Shown here: positions 1 to 12,650 of the stretch, piece after piece
How the letters are laid out: the number at the start of each line of letters is the position of its first letter
How positions within the stretch are numbered: the stretch's first letter is position 1
Assembly (NCBI RefSeq): GCF_041956535.1
Contig: NW_027192200.1
Coordinates: forward strand, 709,118 to 761,748
Reading direction: 5' to 3'
Source of the DNA: Calcarisporiella thermophila CBS 279.70
Taxonomy: Eukaryota; Fungi; Calcarisporiellomycota
DNA length: 52,631 bases
Position numbers and translations under genes: made by a program
Notes under the pieces: generated by a model
Told to the model about the DNA's origin: nothing
Seen by the model: only the letters and a program-made list of their open reading frames with translations
Databases searched by the model: none

Positions 1-176
1 ATCTAAATGATTAGTCCAATCAAATCTCATAATTCTTATTTCTATATTTCTGATTCTGTCTGATTTTTTGTAGAAACTCCCAAATACTGTATATTTGATT
101 TTACTATTTCAAGAACTAAGAAATTGACTTGTCACATTAATTCTATGGAGCGTCCCCTAATGCTCGCCAAGCTAGC

Positions 177-3100
177 ATGGTAGAAAACCAATCCTCAGAT
201 ACAGCAGCATCATGGCAAAATGCAATTCACTCTCTGAAATCCCACGGATCTGTTGGATTGGAGCGCATTCATAAAGTTTATAACTTGCGTTTTATTTTTA
301 CCACACATTAATGTTTACGCGTTTTTTAACATTTTGGATTAGGCCTGGGATTTCTTGACAACTTATCTGAGCCAAGAAAATCTAAAGAAACTTTGGCAAG
401 GTAGGTTAGATAAGTATTATCTAGTCGCAATGTTCATTCTCGAATTCCCATATTCCCTTTAGATCGAGGCATACAGAATGCACTTAGCGAAAACTTTTCT
501 ATTCTACGCGATTCAAATTTCGATACGCGCCTATTTGAATGGTATATTGCTTCTGCACAGTCTCATATAACCTCCAATATCGGACTCCATCTTATTGCTT
601 GGACAAACGATTTTGAGGTAGCTTAGCTCATTAGTAAATTCTTTTGCGTTTGTCAATAGTAAATTAACCCTCTCTATCCCTAAAGAAATTGAGAGAAAGA
701 GGAGAGGTGAATATAGATAACTGGGTTTGTAAGACATTTGAAAGCATCTTCGCAGAGATACATGAGCATTACAGTTTGTGTCTGCAAGTTCTTACTCTCC
801 TTGAAGCAAGGTAGGATACGTTTCGTTTTTTCAATGTAAAACAATAATAACCGTTACACATTTTTTTTTTTCTATAGTGCACTTGTCACCAACAAGTTTA
901 TTCGTCAATACCAGTCCTGGCTCTACTCCTATCTGCCCTCTGCTTTCCAGACTCTTGTTTCCATTTACTATCGCCATCAATTCCAATGCTTTAGCCGGTT
1001 TACGCGACTCATCTCCACGAAATTGGCATCCGACACATACACTACCACCTCCATCCTTGCACATCGCTCCCGCTGGCTACCACGTCCGATATCTACAAAT
1101 GGCACTACACTCATGGACATTTTTGTTGCACCCCGGGAAGAGTCCCGGCATCTATCGGAGCCGCAGTCCTTAGAGAATGAAGCTGGAGATAACATTATGC
1201 TATCACACGAAGAGCAAGGAGAGGTTTCTGAAGAAGAAGATGCAGAAGAAAGGGAGGAGGAGGAAGAAGAGGAAGAGGACGAAGGGGCGATTCAAAAAAC
1301 CCTTGATCAACTGAGCGCGGATCTCTCGAGGTTCACTCATCTCTGTAAGCAGATGGATGCGCTGGGCCTTCTCTACCGCACCGAGGGTATTCTCATCGAG
1401 ATTCTCCACGGAAAAATCGAGGACAAAATCCAGCGATCTTTCCGTGGGTGTTTTGATAAGCCCCTTCTCAAACGCTCAAATCGGTGGCTAGATCAAGTGA
1501 TTTTACGCTGGCTAGCACTGATCATATGCCCCGAGGGAGTAGAGAGTAAGTCTAAATTCTACGAGAGAGAATATACTGCATATATTGAAGATACCTATTT
1601 TCAGATTCACCTGCCGATAAGATAAACGCATTGAAGGAATGGAAAACCCGGCTGGAATATCACCTCAACAAAGCCTTCGGAGATCTTCGGTTTGTATACT
1701 TATATGTTCCATATGGTTTTGTATTAAACTGATGGCTTATGTTCATCTTCAGCATCTCCGAGCTATTTGATATCATCGTTGAGTTTCCGGATTCCCAACC
1801 TGCCATTGACGACCTAAAGGTATTGCAAAGCATCATTCACGAGTCCTGCACCCATATCGTGTTTATTCTCTTGATGTCTCTATTGCTAGGAGTGTCTATC
1901 CAAAACCGATCAAAAGCGACAGCTGATGGAGTCACTTCGCAATGCGTATGCCATCTATCCCCTCGCCTTAGAGCTTATTCTGTAATGTATAACTGTTCAT
2001 TTCTCCGTAGTTTTGAACGTCGACTCCTTCAACCAGGTGCCAACACATCCGATATCCTTACCCAATATATTTCTACTATCCGCTGCCTGCGAATTCTAGA
2101 CCCTTCAGGGGTAATGCTGGAATATGTCGCCGTACCCGTTCGCCGTTACCTCCAGTAAGCGTCCATTTGCATTATTCAGGCGCATTGATGTATTTTCACT
2201 CAGTAATACATTTGCTAGGACTCGCGATGATGCCATTCGTTGTATTGTAACGACGCTGGTCGATGATAATAACCAGAGCTTATTGCTAGGTGGAGACGAA
2301 GAGGGAAATATGCCTGCCATTGCGCTAGCTGCGCAATCCGACGATGAAGATGAGGATTTTGACGATGATGAGTGGACCCCTGATCCAATAGATGCTGGGC
2401 CTGGTAGAATTTACTCTTGTCAACACACATTTATAACTCGCTAATTATTTTGTGGGCACTAGAGTACAAAAGTATACGAGCTCGTGCGGCAGATATTGTT
2501 GCAATGCTTATCAGCATCTACGATAGTCGCGATCTCTTTGTTCACGAATTTCAAACGCTCATGGCTGATCGCTTGCTTTCCTCACATAACTACGAAATAG
2601 ATCGCGAGGTTCGCCATCTGGAGCTGTTGAAGCTGAGGTTTGGAGAATCGAAAATGCAACCATGCGAAGTCATGATCAAGGATATTGGCGATTCCAAGAG
2701 AATTGATGGGTATGTGCATGCAGATCAAGAATTTCCTACCGAGGTAACTACCTAGGCAACGAAGCTGTTTGTTTCTCTTGAAGAAATACTCTTGGACTTA
2801 GTGTCGAATGGGCGACTAATAAACCTTATCTGCTAGGCACCATTGCACGCTATGGTGCTTTCACGACTGTTCTGGCCCAACTTTAGATCGGAGGAGCTAC
2901 AGCTCCCTAGCTCAATTCAACGGTAAGCTTTCCCAAACTCCCAAGTAATTAGGGGGTAGCCACGACTAACACTTTGTCCTTATTAGGTGGATGGATGCCT
3001 ACGCCAACTCGTTTCAGCGCCTGAAAGCCGCACGCAAGATAGCCTGGCTGAATCATCTGGGCACTGTGGAACTAGAGCTCGAGCTCGAGGATCGCACACT

Positions 3101-3665
3101 TGATTTCCGGGTTTCTCCAGCCCATGCTGCCCTCATCTATCTTTTCCAGGAGCGCAAAGTGTGGACGGCAGAGGAATTGGCTGGGCAACTAGGAACAACG
3201 GCCGCAAATGCGAGACGACGCGCCGGATTCTGGGTAGGACAAGGGGTGTTGGCGGAGAAGGGGGGAGGCTATGTGGTGCTGGAGAGAAGAGGGAAACCGC
3301 GTAGAGGAAATAGGATAAGAAGGCGCAGTAGTTTGACGTTTAGCTCGACCGCCGAGGAGGAGGAGGAGGACCCCGACTACAGTGAGTGGGAAGACAGCGA
3401 GGAGGAGGATGGGGGAGGCGTGAAGGTGAAGTCCCCCGAGGAACAGGAGGCCGAGGCGATGCAAGGATATTGGACCTACATCACTGGCCTGCTTACGAAT
3501 CTTGGCCCCCAGCCCCTGGAACGCATCCAGACTATGCTTACCATGTTCTGCCAACCGCCCGCAAGATATAACAAGACGGCGGACGAGCTGAGAAGATATC
3601 TGGAGTTGATGGTGCGCGAGGAGAAGCTAGAGGTGACGGGAGGGCTCTATAAGCTCAGGAGATAG
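177..3665 (+). CDS. APC2: Anaphase-promoting complex subunit 2 (cullin-like), multi-exon
   Basis: Exon peptides ISELFDIIVEFPDS, FERRLLQPGANTSDILTQYISTIRCLRILDPSGV, WTPDPIDAGP, LISIYDSRDLFVHEFQ..ADRLL, LELLKLRFGE..MQPCEVMIKDI, WLNHLGTVELELELEDR and a C-terminal APC2 winged-helix (YWTYITGLLTN...GLYKL). Many GT-AG introns. Start ATG at 177 inferred (MVENQSS...), so the 5' exons are less certain. Confidence 0.93.
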
Positions 3666-3667
3666 AG

Positions 3668-3675
3668 CAGTCACA
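3668..3675 (+). promoter_or_regulatory. Homol D box (CAGTCACA) upstream of the snoRNA; ACCCTA Homol E-like motif at ~3703
   Basis: Exact CAGTCACA just after the APC2 stop and ~125 nt upstream of the H/ACA snoRNA. Homol D is the known ribosomal-protein/snoRNA promoter element in S. pombe and other fungi. Confidence 0.6.
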
Positions 3676-3800
3676 TTTCGTCTCCGCAACAATGAAAATT
3701 CGACCCTATTCCCCATCCCACAAACCGAAAATCCAATTGCATTTTTCAATAAAAGCTCAGCGAAATTACGCGTTTGGAATTTCCTTACAACGCATTTTTA

Positions 3801-3984
3801 CCAATTTATCAAAAAGCACCTATGTCGATTGGACGGAGCCCTTAGCGGCTCTGTCGAGGACGCACTAGGTCGTCATATAAATTGAAGATCGAGCAACGAG
3901 ATGAGGTGGGTGCGGTGTGCTCTCGAGGTCTGGCACCTTGTGCTGAGACCAATGGAGCAGAGCGCAATACCTCGTTTCATATTC
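3801..3984 (+). ncRNA. Box H/ACA snoRNA, SNORA21(ACA21)/snR10-like dual guide for LSU rRNA pseudouridylation
   Basis: Two hairpins. HP1: basal stem CAATTTAT/ATAAATTG, pocket AAAAGC + CGTC, complementary to LSU GACG-UN-GCUUUU. HP2: pocket GTGGGTG (3906-3912) + CAAT (3965-3968), complementary to LSU A-loop AUUG-UU-CACCCAC, 14 nt before a terminal ATA box (3979-3981). Hinge has a variant H box AGATCG(A). G-U pairs favour the + strand. Confidence 0.85.
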
Positions 3985-4257
3985 TAATTTCCACTTAACA
4001 AGAGGAAAGTGAAAGAGAGCATATAGAGGATAAAGCAGAGGATTTTTAAAATTTTGAAATGGAAGGAGAAATCACAATTTCTCATCCACTTCATTCTAAT
4101 ACAATATTCATGAAGGCATCTAAGAAAATGAAAAGTCATTTTTTTATACAAGGATTCCAATTGAAGAAAAAGTGAAGAAAAAAATCTAGAGTTAAAATGA
4201 TAATGAATATTTATCTATAAAATTCAATATTAAAACACTGTACCCCCCTCTATCCAC

Positions 4258-5370
<1,113 letters not shown>

Positions 5371-5423
5371 TTAAAAAAAAATAAAGCGATGTTGATTCAC
5401 CTGAATCTTTTAAATATTGCTGC

Positions 5424-5547
5424 TTACTAAGGTGACAGCCGGCCTTTTGCCTATCACTCGAATTCCGCAGAACCTTTGTTTACTTCTGATTGCTTGGATG
5501 AAACTAGACGTCACATCTAAACCTGAGCACTCAATTTTGCTTACTGA
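5424..5547. promoter_or_regulatory. Putative Yap1/AP-1 response elements (TTACTAA 5424-5430; TTACTGA 5541-5547) and CRE-like GACGTCAC (5507-5514) upstream of TRR1
   Basis: TGCTTACT(A/G)A occurs twice within 185 nt of the TRR1 start. TRR1 is a canonical Yap1/Pap1 target. Confidence 0.5.
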
Positions 5548-5793
5548 TTCCCATGAATCTCCCATATATCCAAATGGCGCATTCCTATTATCAGACGATC
5601 TTAGACTTTATTTCAGAATTGTGGAGGGTGGCATACCATAAAACACCTTGCCGCCTATTTTTTTCCTTCGGGCAGAATAGAATCTCTCTTTTCGAACACA
5701 AAAAAGTTCTTCCTGCTCATTAATTTTGATTCTTATTATATTCTATAATCTTGAAGAATTGTCTACTACACTCGAAATTCGCCTCTCGACCTA

Positions 5794-6711
5794 ATGCTAA
5801 GTTTGCAATGTCTACCTAGCCGAAGTTATAGATTCTTAAAGGACATGTTTGCTCGGTCGCTTCTTAATGTCTGGGTGGCGGGCAACCAGGTGCCTCATCG
5901 ATTTGCCGGCGTAGATATTGAGAAGCAGGTCGGACAAGTGCAACCTGAGTCCTCCCACCATCACCTCACGGTCGTATATCATGTTAGTTCGGTTCCAGTT
6001 ACCCCTGCTACAATGTTGCCCTCCTCCGCACCCGTTGCAGATACTGGTATATCTGCCACCCTGGCTAAAGCTGATCGTGAGATAATCCAAGGGGAAGAGA
6101 AAGATTTTCATCTTCTTATTATCCTATTGAGCGTTTTTGGCTCCCTGTTAGTATGTTTAATTGTTGGCGTCGCTGTCTTCCTCATAATGCGATATAAGAG
6201 AAAGAAAGGCTTGAAGCGAATATCAGCGAGCTCAGGCGATTCAAGGAGCTTAGAGCATAGAAGAATGGAGGAGCCTTTTGATACAACCCCAACTGGATTA
6301 ATAAGGGAGCCACCTGAGGCACAGCTATCCGGGTCTCCGGCAACCAACTTACCTCCATCGTCACCCCTGTATACGAGTGCAAGCGGTGAAAACAATAGAG
6401 AAAGAACTAATGAGCCGGTATATTGTATGAATCACGGAAACCTCGAACAAGAGACCAGCGAGAAATGGGCTTCACGGGTCATACGAACCCTTTCGGTTGC
6501 TGCAGCGCCGAGCGCGCCCAGTGCCAAAGAAATCATCTCCGAGGAATATGACAATGTGCCTCTACCGCCTCCACCCCATCTGGATGCACCCCCCGCCTAT
6601 TCACCCACCGCACCTCCGGCACTGCTTTTCTCAGAGCCACGCCTGCACTCTGCCGGTGAGAGGTGTGTTGAAGACGAGAACAAACCATTTGACTCTCCAC
6701 TTAAAAGATAA
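5794..6711 (+). CDS. Single-pass membrane protein with Pro-rich cytosolic tail and PPxY motif (possible Rsp5/Nedd4 adaptor); 5' end uncertain
   Basis: Hydrophobic LLIILLSVFGSLLVCLIVGVAVFLIM followed by basic RYKRKK; APSAPSA and APPAYSP motifs in the tail; 305-aa open frame. Confidence 0.65.
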   Translation: MLSLQCLPSRSYRFLKDMFARSLLNVWVAGNQVPHRFAGVDIEKQVGQVQPESSHHHLTVVYHVSSVPVTPATMLPSSAPVADTGISATLAKADREIIQGEEKDFHLLIILLSVFGSLLVCLIVGVAVFLIMRYKRKKGLKRISASSGDSRSLEHRRMEEPFDTTPTGLIREPPEAQLSGSPATNLPPSSPLYTSASGENNRERTNEPVYCMNHGNLEQETSEKWASRVIRTLSVAAAPSAPSAKEIISEEYDNVPLPPPPHLDAPPAYSPTAPPALLFSEPRLHSAGERCVEDENKPFDSPLKR

Positions 6712-7045
6712 AGTTTATTTAATCACTTCAATTTGTATTTGTACCTGTAATCTATTCAGAACCCCTTCCTACCCTGTAAATGCTTTCCACACCGAAATTT
6801 TTTTTTTTGCATTAATTTCTTGTATCTCGTTCGTGTATTCCAACGATACGTCCAGCTGCAATCAACAGTGGATGTTATTTATTGAAAACATATTTATTTA
6901 AATAGTCATAATCGAGTATCATGTGATAGATCGATATATAAGATGCAGAAGAAATACAAGATGATGTATCGGAGTCATGTACATATGGTACAGAGCCAGC
7001 CTAAGGATGCTGGCAGTGATATAGACGCATTAGTCTTTCTCAGTG

Positions 7046-8422
7046 TCATTGTGCGATAGTCTTCAAGTCAATTTCTAATCCCCCGTCTCTTCCCCGCGCT
7101 ATGCCTCTTCCTCTCTACGAGAGATCGAATTGCCATCTGTGATGGCCGGCCAAAATAGGCGTGGGGGAAGCTCCACAAAAGAAATCTGAGAGTAATCTTG
7201 TTTGCATACGGGACATTTTGAAGACTTACTAAGCAGCCAGGGGTCTATACAGTAGGGGTGGAATTCATGGCCACAGAATAATATTCGCAGTATATCTCTA
7301 TTGAAGGAGAGAAATTCAGCGCTCGTTTCGAACTTCTTTTTTTTTACAGATCACTTACCCGGCTTTATAGTCCATCAAGCAAATGGCGCATGTCTCTGAC
7401 CCAAACCCGAGGCATCCAACGGTGGATGCGCGCACGCCAAGAACCGTCACCTTTGAATCTTCTGCGGCCAAGGATACCTGCCTCACGATTGCCAAAGGGA
7501 GGGGAGAAATTGGCTCTACTTTATTTTCCGCCATCTCCACCTCATCTGGTTTGAATCGCAGAACTGGAAAGGCCTCTACCACATTTGAAGAGACTCCACT
7601 ACAATCTTCCCCCTGGGACACAGAGAAATGTGAATCTCCTAGTTCTTCATCGGCGGTATTAGCTCTAGTGATATAGCCTTTGGCGAAACCGAAGGCTACC
7701 AGTATTATAAATGCTAGAGCTCCAGAACCAGCAACGCATAAAAAAATTATGGCGGCGGTCTTGTTGAGTTCCTCTGGCATATGGGTGAACGAATTGCCTT
7801 TAGCTGCAGCCGGTTCAATACTGGATATATAGGTAGCTGCGTTATCAGTGTGGCCAGATCCTGTAAGAGTGCTGGCTAATTTCAGTAAGCCAGATATTTC
7901 ACCGCCCGCTCGCTGCCAGTCAAGCATATCTTGTCGGGTTTGTGGAGCCATCGTTACTGTGAAGATGTGGAGATGTGTCATGCCTGTAGAGTGAGTAGCA
8001 ATTAGAGAAGATGTCGAGGTGCAGACTCCCGTGGCTGAGAAGAGTAGGACTGCACTAGCTTCGTTCAACTTGGCAAGAATGGATTCACTCAGCTCCTCGC
8101 AGGATATCGCGGCGATCCACGGCATCATAGCCGGAAAAAAGTCCCCATTCGAGTACATCGAGATAGTTCCCTTTATAATACGCATATTTTAACTTTACAT
8201 TCTATTATACCTAATATAATTGGGAAATACATTAATGACAAAGGGTGCGGGCGTTAAGGCTTTGGATGAGAGGGTGTACAATCGATGGGAAGGCTGGACT
8301 ATATTAGCGGTTCTATGAAAAAAAATTTGGAGCATGTAATCGTTCTCCCCCTCTTTTAATGGCGCACCAACAATGCGCGTAGTAAATAGGCAGAACAAAC
8401 ACAGGAATAGAAATGGGAGCAT
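7046..8422 (-). CDS. Signal peptide-PA-like-TM-RING-H2 E3 ubiquitin ligase, copy 1 (3 exons)
   Basis: Signal [21 protein letters not shown]; PA-like [17 protein letters not shown]; TM helix; spliced RING-H2 [42 protein letters not shown]; stop at ~7046. Confidence 0.85.
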
Positions 8423-9348
8423 CGCGATTACGGGCTTTAAGAAAGAGAGGCCAGAAAAAAGCCTGCTGAGAGAAAAATACAATGTAGAAACCGTCCTCGA
8501 CTTTCGCTCCTCGTGAGGAGAGACTTTCTGCCCACATAAAATACATATTCTTTTTAATAGTGTATCTAGTTTCTCCGTGAAAATCTGATGGAGAGCTGGG
8601 TGGCCAAAATCGCCACCGATTTGGTGGCTGCGTGGCTTAGGAGAACTTGGTAATCGGCATGTACAATCAGTGGGAAATGTTTAGGAAAAAGTAGAGGTAT
8701 TGGACTGAGTGTAGGATATAGCAATTATGGACAGAAAAGCATACTTCCTTCCTTTTTGGATATTTCAATTTTGCCCAAGAAATATACTTATGCCGAAAAA
8801 TGAAGATTTAGCCTTCACCCTTAAAATTGGTTTCCAATATTCGTTCTTAATATGCCTCGTCTAGGAAGCAGTAGTTGCAAGAGGAGCTAGGCCTAAATAT
8901 AAGAATTCTATTTACAAATATTTTTCTGTAATGATGGAATACAAGCTACAGCCTTTTCTTCTCATCAAGGAGGAGGATGCCGGCAGCCTCTGTTTTAACT
9001 CTGCTTTAACGTATATTTTTTGCCTTGGATACTAACCGAATCCCTGAGAATAATGAGTGCCTACTGCTGGGAAGTATACACTCGATTCCCCTTCTCATAT
9101 TCATTGTACCGAGGCTTGTAATGTTGTACAGACCAGAACTTTATGGAATCAAATATATACTTGAATAAAGCTGGATACATCTCAGAATATACATACAAAA
9201 ATATATAGAGAAGGTAACAACGACAGCAACAAGTCTCGAAATAAGCAACCAAGAGCTGATTTACAGATGTGCGTACAGTTCCATAGATTCAAGCACAGTT
9301 GGAGATGAAATGGTATGGGATAAGTCAATTGGAATCCATATTCTACAA

Positions 9349-10810
9349 CTACCGTACAAATAGACGTGCAAAAAAGCTCAAGCCCCAACTTCGTTGACCC
9401 ACTTCTCTATCCGCATGCTCTCCTGTACCCGCCGATTCCTGACTGTAGATCGACGAATGACCGGTTTCGACTGCATTATAGAGATAGGCGGGAAGCGTGA
9501 CAAATTTATACGTGGTATAGTCAATCTTGCATACGGGACAGCAAGGGGAGGTTTTTAGGAGCCAGGGGTCGATGCAAATCGGGTGGAACTCATGGCCGCA
9601 GGGCAATACTCGTACTTTGTCTCTAGAATATGTAGGAAAGAAGCAAAAAAATAGTTAGAGGCACTGAAATCAGCGGTTCCCTTCGGGGACTCTATCCGAC
9701 CCTACCCAACGTTATAGTCCATTAGACAAATGGCACAGGTCACCGATCCGAATCTCATGCTTCCCGAGGTGGTTGTACGGTCTCTTATCCAATTCTGCTT
9801 CTCGCAACCAGCACCCCCGACCTCTTGTTCCACATCTAAGGGAGTGACGAGGTTGTTTGGGATATTCTCCTCCTCCCCCTCCTTTTGCTCCCCCTCCTTT
9901 TCCTTCAATTTTCCCTGCAGCTTAAATCGTAATACTGGAAATGCCTCTAACACCCGGATGGGTATCCCACCCCACCGCTGCCGTGTGGTCAAATAAGGCT
10001 GAGTAAGGTCTGCAAATGGGCTGATGGGTGCTTGCCATTCGAAGTTGGCGTTACGACGCCGGCGAATGCCTATGAACATCAAAATCCCAAATACTGTAAG
10101 AACGAGACCTCCGATACAATAAAGCACAATCACGGATAGCTGGCGGACGCTATGCATGTCATCAGGCTCCTTCAGGCCCTGTTCTACTAGCAGTGTGCTT
10201 GAGGGGAGAGTGGGGTTCGTGTTAGAGGGAATTGGAACTGTATCAGATGCCTGCTGACTAATCAATGAACCAGAAATTCTTTTCCCCGTCTGTTGCCGTT
10301 CCAGTGCTGGTTGCAATGTGTCGGAACGAGTGTCTGTAGTGAATATGAGAAAAGAGGATGGGTCTTTGGTAAGAAGGGAGAGGGAGGAGGAAAGCGAGGA
10401 GCAAGCCTCTGTGGCCGAATACATCACGACCACTTTTGCGCTGCTCAATTGATCCAACATGGTGGTTGCCACCTGTTCGCACGCGATAACCGCGATCCAC
10501 GGCATATCAGCTGGAAAGAATTTCCCGTTCGAATAAATGGAGACAGCCCCCTAAAAAGATTTGTTGGAGGATGCTCGTCACTCCACAATTAATCCCATGT
10601 CTAAAATAAACCTACCTGGATAGAAGCAGGTGCAGAGGTCAAGGCTTGAACGTTGAAAGAGGACAGCTTGGTAGGAGTCGGTCCCGCGACATTAGCTTCA
10701 AAGGTGAGGATTTGAAAACCGTAGTTGCTGGATCTCGCGATTTCAGTTGGTGCGCTCCACGCCTCCCTGACGCAGAGAAGCAGTAGAGATAGAAGCTGGA
10801 GAACTAACAT
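9349..10810 (-). CDS. Signal peptide-PA-like-TM-RING-H2 E3 ubiquitin ligase, copy 2 (tandem paralogue, 3 exons)
   Basis: [21 protein letters not shown] signal; PWIAVIACE; TM + RRRR; EAFPVLRFK shared with copy 1; RING-H2 [42 protein letters not shown]; same intron positions as copy 1. Confidence 0.88.
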
Positions 10811-11544
10811 CACCACGATAACTTTGAAGTGCTTGACCAGGAGGAGAATAAGAAATGGACTGGGAAAATGAACCTTTGGCCATTACTTCCATCTTTGGAG
10901 GGGTAAGGACCGTAAACCGCTATATTATATTTTCGTTAAAGCGGTGGTTAGACATTTCGAGTTTCAGATTTGAGTAAGCATGCGGCCAATCGTTCGATGC
11001 GTGGCTGTTGAGGAGATCATTCTAAGAACAGCCCAAAAAATCCGTCAAAACAGGTTGAGGAAGGGCCGAATAAAGAATCAAGGAGACGTCATGGCCGGTG
11101 TCTCTCTTCTAAAAACAGAATATTGTGAGCGCTTTAAAACCAGCGCAGTATTTCATCAAACCCATAAGAATAATTCAAAAGCGTCCTGTGTCATTACCAT
11201 ATTCATGAGTAGGATATGAGATGTAGACAGAGAGGGAGCGATGGGAAAGTACAACCGCAGCAATAAAGAGGAGAAAAAGAAGTAAAAATGATAGTGTCCA
11301 AAAAATCATAGTACAGAATAAAGAGATTATCAAGGAAAATATAAAGGTTTTCTAGTTCAGAAACAACACGAAAGGCAAAAGTGTATAGTATGGTATGGTG
11401 GGTAGCTGCATCAAGCTCTAGCACTCAAGAAATAAACATGCAATGTACATCAAAGGCTGGGAAAAAAAATTAAGTCAATACAACAAATAGTGTGAATGAA
11501 ATGGTGGTATAAAGGGTTGAAATAAAAAAAGGCATCAGTTCGCA

Positions 11545-12650
11545 TTACCACACCACAGGATCCTCGAAAATCGAGTCGTCCCTAGGCGCTTCTGATCCCG
11601 AGACGGACGAGGTCACAGAGGAAGAGAGCAGTGAAGACTCGGATAACATTTGAATGTAATGAGTGTGATTCTGATACCATTGTGCTCGGTCGCGGTTAAA
11701 GGGGGATGGTACCCGCACCTTGTATTCCGGTTTTTCAACCACATCGGTATTGGCATAGCTCTCTATATTTCCTCTGGACTCGGTGCACCAATTTTTGGGT
11801 TCATGTTCGCGAGGGTATCTTTGGAATAGTTCAGAAAGAAGGGAGCGGGGGCATGAGTCGCCAGTAGGACGCACCTCCAGCTTGGGGAATTGAATAGCGA
11901 CAGGAGAGGGCGGTTGTAATTGTAGCTGTAGTGGTGGATGCGACTGCTCTTGCTGTTGAGCATTCTGGTGGTGATAATCGTGCGTTAATATTGGAATATT
12001 CTGGGCGAGATTATCGCTGGGAAGTAGAGGAATGGGCTGAAATACAGAGTTTGTCATTGTTGTTGTGACAAGACCAAGGTCTCTTTTCTCTTCGTCATCT
12101 TCCAACTCCTCCTCATCTATCAAATCCTCATCTCTTACATCGTCTCCCACACATACACCGTCTTCTTTATCGTTTTCCTCTTCCTCATCTACCTCTTCCC
12201 CTTCCTCCTCCTCCTCCTCCTCCTCCTCCTCCTCCTCCTCTTCTTCTTCTTCTTCTTCTTCTTCCTCTTCCTCTTCCTCTTCCTCCTCCTCCTCTTCATC
12301 CTCATCCTCGTCCTCTTCTAGCTCAGCCTCTAGCTTCAGTTGCTCGTATATTGTTTGAACCTCTTCAATGGATGTTTTTAACCAACTGTCCGCCGCCTTC
12401 CTAATCAGGTAGACTCCCATCGGCTTATCGTACTTTCGTTGCCCTTCGTCTACGGAAAAGCATCCACTATCTTGGCGCTCCAGCCTCGGCAAGGCGACGG
12501 GGAGTTGCATACTTGATTCAGAGAGTGAGCGTATTCTATTACAGAAGTCGGAAAAGGGTCAGCAAGAGGGGTGTTCCAGCAGGCTATTTGCGGCAGGGCG
12601 TACCTTATGGGGGCGTTCTTGAGATTAGGAGATAAAGGAGCACTTGTCAT
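11545..12650 (-). CDS. Acidic low-complexity protein of unknown function (poly-Glu; SLLSELF motif and terminal Trp, loosely DUF3295-like)
   Basis: ATG at 12650; intron 12603-12536 (gtacgc...gctgac...aatag) joins MTSAPLSPNLKNAPIR to IRSLSESSMQLPVAL... in the 321-aa frame. Confidence 0.7.
12202..12319. repeat. Compound trinucleotide repeat (TCC)n/(TCT)n encoding ~32 consecutive Glu on the minus strand
   Basis: Directly visible blocks of cct/ctc and ttc repeats. Confidence 0.95.

Noticed and set aside
3292-3343. Possible cryptic intron in the last APC2 exon (Arg-rich insert ending tttag)
   Set aside because: No GT donor gives a frame-preserving length, and the frame is already open.
8611-8628. 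Small hairpin gccacc-gattt-ggtggc upstream of RING copy 1
   Set aside because: A 6-bp stem is expected by chance.
12065-12358. Poly-Ser ORF on the + strand
   Set aside because: Antisense reading of the poly-Glu repeat.
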